Positions 26,457-36,718 of a stretch of DNA of 64,000 nt are shown here, in pieces; the first letter of the stretch is position 1; every line of letters starts with the position of its first letter. Both the position numbers and the translations under genes were made by a program. Source of the DNA: a virus. Under the pieces are notes generated by a model. That model saw nothing but the letters and a program-made list of their open reading frames with translations, was not told the DNA's origin and made no database searches. The stretch lies in the IMG/VR virus record IMGVR_UViG_3300046170_000289. One strand, 5' to 3'.

Positions 26457-29400
26457 TTAGCTCGTTTGGGTGATGATTAGTTTGAATTTAACTCGGTGTT
26501 TGTCTCTATCAGAGCTAGTATACCACACAGGTGAGTCTTTGTTGTGTGATTCTTGATAGAATGCTTCCTTCGCTGTCCTCTTTTGACCATCCTTCTCATA
26601 GAAGGCAGCAAGTTTACGAGGTAGTCTGAAGTTACCCTTCATATCTGGGTAGTAGGGGGACGTTGCAGTGTCCTCCATAGCATTGTAAGCAGCGTCTTCT
26701 GATTGTCCACCGCCACCATCAGTAGTTAGGTCTGCAATCTCCATTGTAGCATTGGTGTCAAATCCATTGCCAGCATCGTCATCCCATTGAATCTTCTGAC
26801 CACCATCTCTGATCCTGTGACCAGCAGTCTCACTCTGTCCAGTAATAGTCCAGAGATATTCGTTGCCACCTTCGACATTGAAGGATCTAGTCTGGTTACC
26901 AGTGGTGCTAGTGCCTTGATCAAATGTTTGACCAGCAATATCTAATTGCTTAACTGCCTGACCAGAGACATACACCTTGTCATCCCAATCAAAGTCCAGG
27001 GTGATGGTGCCAGTGCCACTACCTTCGACAGCGATACCTGTGCCATCTGGTTTGAAGTATGCCGTCAAGGTGCCACTGGATCCAACGTTGTATCTCTTAG
27101 GTGGCCATTGGAGATCATACTCCTGCCCCTCAGAGTATCCTATACCCGCCTGCAGCACCTCTAGGAGGGTGATGGCACACAACCACCTCTCAGGGTTGTC
27201 AGCACCGCCTTGTGCCTTGCCCAGCTCGTTAGGGATTCCCTTGGTGGAGTAGAAGGTGAATGCGATTCTAACCTTTGCATACAATGCAGATGCTACGCTC
27301 ACATTCTCAACAGCATCATTCTCAAACTCATTACCATCTAGGTAGTAGTCTTGAATGAAAGTATTTGCATTAAAGAAAGTAGTATCCTGTGGAGACTGTG
27401 TTGATCCAGGGAATTGTGTTGCTGCTGCTGATCTAACGTTAGCAACTTCATACCATGGTTTCTCTTTCCTAGCAAAGCAGACAGGAGAATTCTTTAGGAA
27501 TTCACCACGCTGAGAGAAGTTACCAGCAACCTTATCGAAACGTGTGATGAGATGTCTTCTTACAAGGTCACCGTAGTCACCACCCAACACCTGAATACGA
27601 TACCCTTGCCTTCCTCCTCTCTCATAGTTACCTTCTGCTTCCTCAGGATAACCTGTGTCAATATATCCATTAGAGATGTTAGGCATCAGAGGGTTGTGGA
27701 GATCCCTATCAACACCACCTAGAATTTCAGGGTTGCTCTGCAGCAGACCATGCATGGATGTCCTTGCAGAGTTTTCAAACACCGTAGTAGATGCCTGCTT
27801 AGGACCAGAGGATTTCTTGTTATCTCTAGCAGTATTGTGCCAAGAGTCACCACTGTAACTACCTGCTCGCACCTTACCATCTGCCTTAGCATTAACCTGA
27901 CTACCGTATGATGGATAGAATTGCATATCAAATCCAGTGATAGCACCAGCAGCAGTAATAGAAAGCAACTGTGTGTTTGCCATCATCATTGGACTGAGTG
28001 GTGTGTCACCTGATGATGTAGTCAACTGCAGACCCCACTGCATCTCAAACTTACCTGTATCTACATTCCATAGAGCACAGTAAGGTGTGATCGTACCTGT
28101 AGGGGGACCAGTGATAATTGATATCAGTTTGAAGTTGAGTTTATCTCCAGGTGCAAGGGAAATGGTGCCATCATATAGGTCTTGCCCAATGCTCGGCCAT
28201 GACCCTGCATCATACCTGTCGTTAAATATCTGCGACCCATTCTTTTTCATTCTCATTTTGAATCTGATGCAGTCACCTGTGCTACCACCAGTGATTCCAC
28301 CAAAGGACTTCAACTTAAAGTTACCACCTGTGATCGAAGTAATAGTTTGGTCACGACCTTGTGAGATTGTATAGTCTCCCTCACACTTACCACACTCATG
28401 GTTTTCATCCCACTCACCGAATGTGATTGGTGAATCGTTACCACACTCCTGACGTTGGAGGATAACATCCTTAAAGTTTTTCTTGAATGACTGAGGATCA
28501 CATGGGTTAGACAGATCAATCTTCAGCATGACAGGCTCAGGTCTGTCCTGTGCATACACATAGCACTGAATACCCTCGTATCTGTATCCAGGGTAGGTAG
28601 TAAACTCTACGGTATGCCAGAGGATCAGGTCATCATAGTCATCATCACCATCAATAAGGTCTTCCCACATCTGTTTGTTAGGACCCTTCCACTTGGTGTA
28701 GTCCTTCTCATCCTCAGGATTCCACTTCTTATCTGAGAAGAGAGCGTAGTTATTTTCTTTGGTTTGAATACCACTGCCCCTAAAACCCTGGCCATGTCCA
28801 CCACTAGAGTGAGAATTAAAGTTGAATGTCTGGTTAATACTCAGGTTGTTTTGACCAGCACCATCTGACAGCAGGAAGAATCCCATGGTGCCACCTTTGT
28901 ATTGCTCCAACTCAGACTGACTGATTGTAATAGTGCTGGTCTCGTTACCACCACCCTCTTCAGCATTCTTAGCACTAGGCACAACGATCTTGCCCCACTG
29001 AGGACCATCTTTATCTGCTAGGTAGTAACCAAAAGCATTGTCATATCCTGCCTTACCCTTCTCAACATCCATACGGACTTCAAGAGCGTTGGTTACATTC
29101 TGAGGGATACGATATGCAAACCTACTATCAGAGACTCTCTGTGGAGTGGTGTTATTCTGCGGGTCAATTGTATACCTATGGTCCTTTGTAGAGGGGTTAT
29201 AGAAGCGATGGAGTGCCCACAACTTCTCCTTGTTAGCAAGGTATGAGATGCCATCAGGTCTTTTCTGGAAGACATATCCTAGGACACTGTGGAAGACCAT
29301 GCCAGCAGCATTCATGGACTCTCTTTCACCAGGACCCTGAGTATCAGGAGCACCAGGGTTTGTAGTTAGGAAGTGATCGCTTTGATTACCCTTATACTTA

Positions 29401-30803
29401 AACAGAGGCACGACCTTCTCTCTTGACTCAGGTCCAAGCACATTGATAGTAATGTACATGACTCTCTGACCATCCTTACCATTCTGCTGAGGCATGAATG
29501 AGAATGGAATCTCTACACCAGACTCAGGCAGTTTGCCAGTCCAAGATGTGACTCTCCATTCACTGTCAATATCATCTGCCTTACCATCACCACCGACATC
29601 ATATACAGGTCGGACTTCAAAGTTAATCTCAGCACCACCATATCTGACAGTGTGCTGTGCAATATCTCCTCGTCTTCCGTTGCCACTACTTAGACCAAGG
29701 TTTTTCTTAGGCCAGAAGTCAGCACCACCCTCATTATAAACCCAGTTACCGTTACTCTGACCTGTTTTGTCAGTGGTTTTGATCGGTGGATTCTTTTCAG
29801 AGTTAGTGAAACCTGAGTTAGTAGTAGTAATTATCTCAACGTTGACACCACTGCCACCTGCTGCACCAGGAATCTTATCCTTTAACACCCACCATGCAGG
29901 ATCACTGTCAGTCAGAGAGTATCCACTAGGACCAGACGATTCATTGTGATAGTTATACTCATCACCATCTACTGACTCATAGACAGGAAGTCTTTCGGGG
30001 AAGCAATTCTTGATACAAACTTCAGTCTTGTTAGCAGACCATCCACGCGGGTGCATTCCTTCACAGTCTGCCTTGGCAGGTGTCCAACCACCACCTAAGT
30101 ATGGTTTGAATGTACATTCAAGAGTCTTTCTAACACACTTCTCCCACTCTATATTTGGTGTAGGTCTATCAGGACAGTAAAGGATCTCTTCAGGATCACT
30201 GCCGATGACTTTCCAGTATCCACCACCAATATCTTCTACCTTACTACGGACCTTTAACCTAGAAACACGAGCACAATCATCCCCACCAGTTGAGATCCAG
30301 GGACCATCAGGGATCTTAGGATCTGGAATCTTGATGACGATATCATCGCCACATTCCATACCAGGAATTTCTATACCTAACTGGTCCGTTACGAAACAAA
30401 TAACAGGATCAACAGGGATGATCGTAGGTAGATCAGGGATATCTGCATCAGGTGGGGGTGGCAGCAGTGGTGGGAGCTCAGGATAGCATCGCCCAACCAG
30501 TCCCTGAATAACCTGATTAGGTGTGGGTACATCTGGAGCATCAGGTACAACAGGACGCTCAGGAATATTGATTGAATCCAGCGGGTTGGGAGCCAGTACT
30601 GGTGGAGTAGGACCATAGCATCTACCAACCAGGCTCTGGATTACTTCAGCAGGAGTCAGGGATTGGATAGGACCAGACGATGATGCTGATGCGGGGGTGA
30701 ATTCACTCGCAGGATTCTGACCGTCAAGAGCGTTGGGCTCTAGACCGATAGGACCAGTCACGTTATAGCAACGTGCAACTAAATTACGAATATGCTCGGA
30801 CAT
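26457..30803 (-). CDS. large virion structural / fibre-like protein (1448 aa)
   Basis: Late promoter upstream; Pro-rich repeated N-terminus; G/S/D-rich beta domains. Confidence 0.7.
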   Translation of the reverse strand: MSEHIRNLVARCYNVTGPIGLEPNALDGQNPASEFTPASASSSGPIQSLTPAEVIQSLVGRCYGPTPPVLAPNPLDSINIPERPVVPDAPDVPTPNQVIQGLVGRCYPELPPLLPPPPDADIPDLPTIIPVDPVICFVTDQLGIEIPGMECGDDIVIKIPDPKIPDGPWISTGGDDCARVSRLKVRSKVEDIGGGYWKVIGSDPEEILYCPDRPTPNIEWEKCVRKTLECTFKPYLGGGWTPAKADCEGMHPRGWSANKTEVCIKNCFPERLPVYESVDGDEYNYHNESSGPSGYSLTDSDPAWWVLKDKIPGAAGGSGVNVEIITTTNSGFTNSEKNPPIKTTDKTGQSNGNWVYNEGGADFWPKKNLGLSSGNGRRGDIAQHTVRYGGAEINFEVRPVYDVGGDGKADDIDSEWRVTSWTGKLPESGVEIPFSFMPQQNGKDGQRVMYITINVLGPESREKVVPLFKYKGNQSDHFLTTNPGAPDTQGPGERESMNAAGMVFHSVLGYVFQKRPDGISYLANKEKLWALHRFYNPSTKDHRYTIDPQNNTTPQRVSDSRFAYRIPQNVTNALEVRMDVEKGKAGYDNAFGYYLADKDGPQWGKIVVPSAKNAEEGGGNETSTITISQSELEQYKGGTMGFFLLSDGAGQNNLSINQTFNFNSHSSGGHGQGFRGSGIQTKENNYALFSDKKWNPEDEKDYTKWKGPNKQMWEDLIDGDDDYDDLILWHTVEFTTYPGYRYEGIQCYVYAQDRPEPVMLKIDLSNPCDPQSFKKNFKDVILQRQECGNDSPITFGEWDENHECGKCEGDYTISQGRDQTITSITGGNFKLKSFGGITGGSTGDCIRFKMRMKKNGSQIFNDRYDAGSWPSIGQDLYDGTISLAPGDKLNFKLISIITGPPTGTITPYCALWNVDTGKFEMQWGLQLTTSSGDTPLSPMMMANTQLLSITAAGAITGFDMQFYPSYGSQVNAKADGKVRAGSYSGDSWHNTARDNKKSSGPKQASTTVFENSARTSMHGLLQSNPEILGGVDRDLHNPLMPNISNGYIDTGYPEEAEGNYERGGRQGYRIQVLGGDYGDLVRRHLITRFDKVAGNFSQRGEFLKNSPVCFARKEKPWYEVANVRSAAATQFPGSTQSPQDTTFFNANTFIQDYYLDGNEFENDAVENVSVASALYAKVRIAFTFYSTKGIPNELGKAQGGADNPERWLCAITLLEVLQAGIGYSEGQEYDLQWPPKRYNVGSSGTLTAYFKPDGTGIAVEGSGTGTITLDFDWDDKVYVSGQAVKQLDIAGQTFDQGTSTTGNQTRSFNVEGGNEYLWTITGQSETAGHRIRDGGQKIQWDDDAGNGFDTNATMEIADLTTDGGGGQSEDAAYNAMEDTATSPYYPDMKGNFRLPRKLAAFYEKDGQKRTAKEAFYQESHNKDSPVWYTSSDRDKHRVKFKLIITQTS

Positions 30804-30804
30804 T

Positions 30805-30831
30805 AAAAAAGAGGAGCAAGTGCTGCTCCTC
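30805..30831 (-). terminator. terminator-like hairpin downstream of psbD
   Basis: GAGGAGCA-5nt-TGCTCCTC then TTTTTT. Confidence 0.7.
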
Positions 30832-30888
30832 TATTTAGTGCGATGTGTCTGATGGATTTTGCCATCCACATCAGCGGCGACGATACTT

Positions 30889-30896
30889 TATTTATA
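30889..30896 (-). promoter_or_regulatory. late promoter overlapping psbD stop codon
   Basis: Exact TATAAATA containing the psbD TAA. Confidence 0.7.
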
Positions 30897-31947
30897 GAGC
30901 ATTACCTCTAGGCAAAACTTCCTCAGGGAATACAAAGTTTTCATGTGGTTGATCAACTGGTGCCAACCATGCACGAAGTCCTTCATTCAATAGGATGTTT
31001 TTAGTGTAGAAGGTTTCAAATTCAGGATCCTCCGCCGCACGAATCTCCTGAGATACAAAGTCGTAAGCACGAAGATTAAGAGCGAGTCCAATAATACCGA
31101 TAGAAGAAGTCCAGAGACCCATGACGGGCACGAAGAGCATAAAGAAATGCAACCAACGCTTATTAGAAAAAGCAACACCGAAGATCTGTGACCAGAAACG
31201 GTTCGCAGTAACCATCGAGTAAGTCTCCTCCTCTTGCGTAGGTTCGAAAGCCTTGAAAGTATTTGCTTGCTCACCATCTTCAAACAGCGTGTTTTCTACA
31301 GTAGCACCATGGATTGCACATAACAATGCTCCACCCAGGATACCTGCCACGCCCATCATGTGGAAGGGATTCAAGGTCCAGTTGTGGAATCCTTGAAGGA
31401 AGAGGAGGAATCGGAAGATCGCTGCCACTCCAAAAGATGGAGCGAAAAACCAACTCGATTGACCCAGAGGGTAGATGAGGAAGACGCTAACAAAGACAGC
31501 AATAGGACCAGAAAAAGCAATCGCATTGTAAGGACGGATACCAACTAGACGAGCGATCTCAAACTGTCGAAGCATGAAACCAATGAGAGCGAAGGCACCG
31601 TGGAGAGCCACGAAAGCCCAGAGTCCCCCAAGTTGGATCCACCTGACGAAATCCCCCTGAGACTCAGGACCCCAAAGTAGAAGAAGAGAATGACCCATAG
31701 CATCAGCAGGCGTTGAGACAGCTGACGTAAGAAAATTAGCACCTTCAAGATAGGAAGTAGCAAGTCCGTGGGTGTACCAACTCGTGACAAAAGTCGTGCC
31801 AGTAAGCCAACCGCCAATGGCAAGATAAGCAGTGGGAAGAAGTAGTAGTCCAGACCAACCCACAAAGACAAAGCGATCCCGTTTAAGCCAGTCATCGAGG
31901 ACATCGAACCACCCCCTCGTCGGTTGTTGTAGTGTGCTTGTAGTCAT
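30892..31947 (-). CDS. psbD: photosystem II D2 protein
   Basis: [29 protein letters not shown]. Confidence 0.99.
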   Translation of the reverse strand: MTTSTLQQPTRGWFDVLDDWLKRDRFVFVGWSGLLLLPTAYLAIGGWLTGTTFVTSWYTHGLATSYLEGANFLTSAVSTPADAMGHSLLLLWGPESQGDFVRWIQLGGLWAFVALHGAFALIGFMLRQFEIARLVGIRPYNAIAFSGPIAVFVSVFLIYPLGQSSWFFAPSFGVAAIFRFLLFLQGFHNWTLNPFHMMGVAGILGGALLCAIHGATVENTLFEDGEQANTFKAFEPTQEEETYSMVTANRFWSQIFGVAFSNKRWLHFFMLFVPVMGLWTSSIGIIGLALNLRAYDFVSQEIRAAEDPEFETFYTKNILLNEGLRAWLAPVDQPHENFVFPEEVLPRGNAL

Positions 31948-31988
31948 GTTTTTTCATTCCTTTTAGGTAGTACAGTTGAGGCCAAGTA

Positions 31989-32219
31989 TCACGAATTATT
32001 TCCGCTAATTTCCAAGAAGAATTTTGATTGATCACTGGGTGTATTCTCGTAGATGGATGAATCACCATAAGTTTTATGATCTTTATAACCTACCATACGA
32101 CCTTTTGTATTTTGGATAGCACCCATCATAGCAATGATGAGGAAGATCGCAGGTGGACCGATGATGAGAGCACCACCGATAACATAGTAAGTGAGCAATT
32201 CGATTAGGTCAGTAGACAT
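31989..32219 (-). CDS. small single-TM protein
   Basis: Hydrophobic YYVIGGALIIGPPAIFLIIAMM then QNTKGRMVGYKDHK. Confidence 0.7.
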   Translation of the reverse strand: MSTDLIELLTYYVIGGALIIGPPAIFLIIAMMGAIQNTKGRMVGYKDHKTYGDSSIYENTPSDQSKFFLEISGNNS

Positions 32220-32240
32220 AAAACTTCACATGATAAGAAA

Positions 32241-32266
32241 AGAAAAAGGGGTCCGTAGACCCCTTT
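32241..32266 (-). terminator. terminator after psbA
   Basis: GGGGTC-4nt-GACCCC then TTTTT. Confidence 0.75.
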
Positions 32267-32285
32267 GATTAGATTGTAACTAGAC

Positions 32286-33362
32286 TCAACCGATAGCGGG
32301 AGCGGTGAGTGCCACGGGAGTGGACTCTGCTGCTGCCAGATCGAGAGGGAAGTTATGAGCGTTACGCTCGTGCATGACTTCCATACCAAGACCAGCGCGG
32401 TTAAGCACGTCTGCCCAGGTAGGGAGGACACGACCATTGTTGTCCAAGATGGACTGGTTGAAGTTGAAACCGTTGAGGTTGAATGCCATGGTGCTTACGC
32501 CCAGTGCAGTAAACCAGATTCCGACAACAGGCCATGCGGCAAGGAAGAAGTGAAGACTTCTGCTGTTGTTGAAGGAAGCGTATTGGAAGATCAAACGACC
32601 AAAGTAACCATGAGCGGCGACGATGTTGTAAGTCTCTTCCTCTTGTCCAAACTTGTAACCATAGTTTTGTGACTCAGATTCAGTCGTCTCACGGACGAGT
32701 GAAGAAGTAACAAGACTACCATGCATTGCCGAGAAGAGTGACCCACCGAAGACACCTGCTACTCCCAACATGTGGAAGGGGTGCATAAGGATGTTGTGCT
32801 CTGCTTGGAATACAAGCATGTAGTTGAATGTACCAGAGATGCCAAGTGGCATTGCGTCAGAGAAAGAACCTTGACCGAAAGGATAGACCAGGAAGACTGC
32901 GGATGCTGCTGCAACAGGTGCAGAGTATGCAACACAGATCCAAGGACGCATCCCAAGACGGTAAGACAATTCCCATTCACGTCCCATGTAGGCAAAGATG
33001 CCGATCAGGAAGTGGAAGATTACCAATTGGAAAGGACCACCGTTATACAACCACTCATCGAGTGAAGCTGCTTCCCAGATGGGGTAGAAGTGAAGACCAA
33101 TTGCGTTGGAGGATGGGACAACAGCACCAGAGATGATGTTGTTACCATACATGAGTGAACCTGCTACGGGCTCACGGATGCCGTCGATATCGACGGGAGG
33201 TGCCGCTACGAAAGCGATCACGAAGCAGATGGTTGCCGCCAACAGAGTTGGGATCATCAGCACACCAAACCAACCGACATAGAGACGGTTGTTTGTGGAA
33301 GTTACCCACTCGCAGAAGTTATCCCACGCGGAGGTAGTTTGTTGCCTTGAAAGAGTTGACAT
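32286..33362 (-). CDS. psbA: photosystem II D1 protein
   Basis: [43 protein letters not shown]; uninterrupted. Confidence 0.99.
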   Translation of the reverse strand: MSTLSRQQTTSAWDNFCEWVTSTNNRLYVGWFGVLMIPTLLAATICFVIAFVAAPPVDIDGIREPVAGSLMYGNNIISGAVVPSSNAIGLHFYPIWEAASLDEWLYNGGPFQLVIFHFLIGIFAYMGREWELSYRLGMRPWICVAYSAPVAAASAVFLVYPFGQGSFSDAMPLGISGTFNYMLVFQAEHNILMHPFHMLGVAGVFGGSLFSAMHGSLVTSSLVRETTESESQNYGYKFGQEEETYNIVAAHGYFGRLIFQYASFNNSRSLHFFLAAWPVVGIWFTALGVSTMAFNLNGFNFNQSILDNNGRVLPTWADVLNRAGLGMEVMHERNAHNFPLDLAAAESTPVALTAPAIG

Positions 33363-33438
33363 TGAAATTTAGGGTAGGTAAGAGTGCAGGGAAACACTGA
33401 TATGATATTCCTGTGACACCCTCAGTCACAGGTATTAA

Positions 33439-33480
33439 GGACTGTTATTTAATGACGCTGTTTAGTCCTGGTGAGGCGTC
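33439..33480 (-). ncRNA. PhotoRC-II-like structured RNA in psbA leader
   Basis: GACGC/GCGUC stem whose loop GGACU can pair with downstream AGUCC (pseudoknot). Confidence 0.65.
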
Positions 33481-33508
33481 AAGTGTGTCGTTGTGTAACG
33501 ACCGTCCT

Positions 33509-33537
33509 ACTATATATGGTTTTCAACACCTTGTCAA
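33509..33537 (-). promoter_or_regulatory. sigma70-like psbA promoter
   Basis: TTGACA-17nt-TATAGT. Confidence 0.8.
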
Positions 33538-35006
33538 GAATAATCGAAGGTGGACTCTAGGAAAACTGACATAGGAGGACATGACTCGGCATATTGTAGC
33601 ACACGTTGGTGCCTGATTGCCCACTCATCGACCTTGCGACGAGCAACAAGCTCTGGATACTTGAAGTATTCATTGAGTCGCTTGTTGACTGTAGTATAAC
33701 CAGATCCTGCAAGGATGTAAAGGACCTGAGTCTCCCCATGATTGACGGGTTCGTTGCCATTCATAATAAACTGAATGACTTCATGGGTGTTGCCTGTGAG
33801 ATCATACTCAACCTCATTGCTGACGTGATTCCAGAAGGGTGTGTCACGACGGCGACTGTAGTAATAGTGTGCCTCTACAAACTCACGCCATCCGTCCATA
33901 TGCTCAGTGAGATTATGGTTGAAGCGATCACGCTGGAATTGTCCAGGCAGAGGTGCCTCCCGCAGGAGGTCCATGAGAGCAAGGATGCCATGGTGTGTGT
34001 TGAAGAGACTTGTAGATTCTAGCGGCTCGATGAATCCAAATGAGAGTCCGATGGACACACAGTTACCTGTCCATGCCCTCTCGTGTCTGCCATTCTCAAA
34101 CTTGATCAGGCGAGCGTCATCGTATCCAAATTCTTTACGGGCATCCTCTTCGCTCTGAAACTTTGAGCAGAATACATATCCCCTGCTGAGGAAGTCATAG
34201 GTAGGGATGGTCCACTGCCAACCAGCAGTCATTGCTTTGGCGTTGGTGTAGGGGACCATCTCGGTCTCACGATTGGTGTAGTCAGTCTTAACTACAAGTG
34301 CGCTGTCAGTTACAATTGAATCGTAGGGTTGCCACTTGCTAAGCGCCCCTCCGACAACTGCTTGCTGCCCACTACAGTCGATAAAGAGATCACCAAAAAC
34401 CTTTTCTCCCCCAAGTTTGTATGGTCCACCTGTGACCACGACGTGCTCGACGTTCCTTCCTTTAGTAGCAACAGACTTAACTGTGCTATTAACCACCTTA
34501 AGATTTTTGCAGAAGGTCTTTCTGAGAAAGTCGGAGAAGGCTGCTCCGTTAATATGGAATGATCTGTCTTTAGCGAGGTCATATGGGTTTAAGATATCTT
34601 TATTCAGGGGGAGTCGTCCTGCCTCTGCTACTGCCGTGAATGGCATGAAGGTGTGTGCGAAAGGTGGAAGATTCTCTGGATGAAATGCTTTAGCGAGCAT
34701 CCACTCCTGAAATTTTATACGTTGGTTAACTGTTTGTCCATTAGGATAGTGAAATACTTCACCCTCGTTTACGAAACCATCAAACCTTGAAGAGGATTTG
34801 TATGTTGCTCGTGCTGCAGGGAGAAATACTTCATCAGTGATCCCCATGTATGAGAGATACTGATTGATGTGTGGCGTAGTGCTCTCTCCCACACCGATGG
34901 CATCACCACCATTGATCATAGTGATGTCCCAGTCTGGGAAAGTTTTACAAAAAGCAGCGGCAGTCATCCAACCAGATGTCCCGCCACCGACAATCACAAT
35001 ACGCAT
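33534..35006 (-). CDS. prnA: flavin-dependent (tryptophan) halogenase
   Basis: GGGTSGW FAD motif, GVGEST, WQWTIP halogenase motif, GFIEPLESTS. Confidence 0.9.
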   Translation of the reverse strand: MRIVIVGGGTSGWMTAAAFCKTFPDWDITMINGGDAIGVGESTTPHINQYLSYMGITDEVFLPAARATYKSSSRFDGFVNEGEVFHYPNGQTVNQRIKFQEWMLAKAFHPENLPPFAHTFMPFTAVAEAGRLPLNKDILNPYDLAKDRSFHINGAAFSDFLRKTFCKNLKVVNSTVKSVATKGRNVEHVVVTGGPYKLGGEKVFGDLFIDCSGQQAVVGGALSKWQPYDSIVTDSALVVKTDYTNRETEMVPYTNAKAMTAGWQWTIPTYDFLSRGYVFCSKFQSEEDARKEFGYDDARLIKFENGRHERAWTGNCVSIGLSFGFIEPLESTSLFNTHHGILALMDLLREAPLPGQFQRDRFNHNLTEHMDGWREFVEAHYYYSRRRDTPFWNHVSNEVEYDLTGNTHEVIQFIMNGNEPVNHGETQVLYILAGSGYTTVNKRLNEYFKYPELVARRKVDEWAIRHQRVLQYAESCPPMSVFLESTFDYS

Positions 35007-35092
35007 GTTACTTTTTCTTTAGTGTCTTTTTAATTAGTTTAGCATACAAAACTTCCTCTGGTGTATACCAAGTGGGATGTTTCTTTGCTCCT

Positions 35093-35407
35093 TTAATTAG
35101 TTTCTTTACTGCTTTCTTTGTTGATAGTGGTTTCTTTGGATCCTGGTCCTGCATTTATGTTTTGCCATATTGAAAATTCTTTGAAGAGATTCTTGCCAAC
35201 AAAAGCATAAAGATCACCACCGTGATCTGCTAATTCTTTTTCTAATTCTTCTTGCGACGTTGGGATAGTCATCAACCCATTCGACACATAGTAGTGACAG
35301 AACTCATACACTTCTCTATTTATAGGGATTTCCTGATGAATGAATGCAGTCAAGCAGATCTGTCTCTCTGCCATCTTGCCATCGTCATAACGCCAGTCAT
35401 CAATCAT
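35093..35407 (-). CDS. hypothetical phage protein
   Basis: MIDDWRYDDGKM..VYEFCHYYV. Confidence 0.6.
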   Translation of the reverse strand: MIDDWRYDDGKMAERQICLTAFIHQEIPINREVYEFCHYYVSNGLMTIPTSQEELEKELADHGGDLYAFVGKNLFKEFSIWQNINAGPGSKETTINKESSKETN

Positions 35408-35562
35408 TGAGCGATCATCCTGAATTCTTTTTTAGTTTGGAATACTTCTTGCCCTGTTTGACACAGGTGCAAGAGGAATTGAGCCTTGTGTATGGATAGG
35501 TTTGAGTAGTTTTTTAACTTGACCCAGTTACCATCCCAGTAAAACTCTAAGCAATACATGAC

Positions 35563-36159
35563 TCATGCATCCAACCTGAGTTTATTTAGATAGTCCCAAG
35601 CATACACTTCGCGGTTGCCTTTGATGCCCCAACCTAACCAACGATAAGCAGGTTGCATATAGTCTGCAATGCTTAGTCCATTCGCTTGGAAGTATGGAAG
35701 TTGGCGCTGAAATATATTCTCGTTAACCATGTAACGAAGTTGGCAGTCGAATGTGGAGGGATCACACTCAAACTTAGTGGCAAATTTACCGAGGTTGACG
35801 TAGCGGTTTACGCTGGTCCACTGAATGATGCCATAACCACCCCGATAACAATCGTGGTAAGGAACTCTAGCACCTCCCTCGCATATATTGGCAGTGAAAT
35901 TAGACTCCTGTCTAATGTTGCCAAGAATTGTAGCAATAGCATTTTTGTCTGTGATATTTACTGATGGTGTTTGTAAATATGCTACGACCTGTGTTTCTTC
36001 TGGAGTGCAGTCAACGCACTGGTATGTTGTTGGTATCACCTCCTCCGCTGCTGGCATGTCTAGGAATTCGGGATCCCGAAGTCCTGATGCAACCATATCC
36101 TTAGGGTTGCTACATGCGATGAGGAAGGGAGCGGCAATAAATGCTGCTTTCTTGATCAT
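35563..36159 (-). CDS. lipoprotein with phage tail lysozyme-like domain
   Basis: Lipobox LIAC; AIATILGNIRQESNF..GYGIIQWT motif. Confidence 0.7.
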   Translation of the reverse strand: MIKKAAFIAAPFLIACSNPKDMVASGLRDPEFLDMPAAEEVIPTTYQCVDCTPEETQVVAYLQTPSVNITDKNAIATILGNIRQESNFTANICEGGARVPYHDCYRGGYGIIQWTSVNRYVNLGKFATKFECDPSTFDCQLRYMVNENIFQRQLPYFQANGLSIADYMQPAYRWLGWGIKGNREVYAWDYLNKLRLDA

Positions 36160-36228
36160 TGTATGTCATCCAATAGAAAAGGGTGCTGCTGTCAGCACCC
36201 CAGTATCATAGCGTATTTAGTGTGGTTG

Positions 36229-36366
36229 TCAAGAGGTTGGGTTGTAAGCAGGCATCATCATGCCACCACCGCCTTCGTCATCATCGTCCTCGTAGTCTGC
36301 TAGGAGCAGCAGGATTGCGAGAGGAGTGAGACAGAAGGCAATCGTCTGGACTACCTCTATACTCAT
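36229..36366 (-). CDS. small membrane protein (45 aa)
   Basis: TM segment then DDDDEGGGGMMMP; TAATG overlap with hli. Confidence 0.6.
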   Translation of the reverse strand: MSIEVVQTIAFCLTPLAILLLLADYEDDDDEGGGGMMMPAYNPTS

Positions 36367-36473
36367 TACCAAATACCTGGGATAATTTGTCCCGTGACGG
36401 CATAGGTGCCAATTGCTGCGACGATACCGATCATCGCTGCCCATCCGTTGAATCTTTCTGCTTCAGGTGTCAT
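36366..36473 (-). CDS. hli: high-light inducible protein (35 aa; not in ORF track)
   Basis: Hand translation MTPEAERFNGWAAMIGIVAAIGTYAVTGQIIPGIW. Confidence 0.92.
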   Translation of the reverse strand: MTPEAERFNGWAAMIGIVAAIGTYAVTGQIIPGIW

Positions 36474-36474
36474 C

Positions 36475-36693
36475 TTACCACACTCCGAAGAAGAGTTTGC
36501 CAGTGAAGGCATAGGACAGGAATGCAGATACGATGCCGAGCATTGCTAGGCGACCGTTGAGTTTCTCTGCGGACTCGTTGTGAGTTTCGTAAACGTCAGA
36601 TTGCATGGCTTCTTTTACTTTGGGGTCGATGTACATTTGGGGCTCGGTGGCATACATGTTAGTGCGTCCACCGTCTTCGATTGTAACAGTCAT
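36475..36693 (-). CDS. hli: high-light inducible protein (72 aa)
   Basis: AEKLNGRLAMLG..TGKLFFGVW. Confidence 0.93.
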   Translation of the reverse strand: MTVTIEDGGRTNMYATEPQMYIDPKVKEAMQSDVYETHNESAEKLNGRLAMLGIVSAFLSYAFTGKLFFGVW

Positions 36694-36718
36694 TTGTTAA
36701 GGTATGTTACTTCTTGTA

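Noticed and set aside
30892-33362. Group I intron or homing endonuclease at psbA/psbD
   Set aside because: Both genes are continuous and full length; the intervening ORF is a small membrane protein
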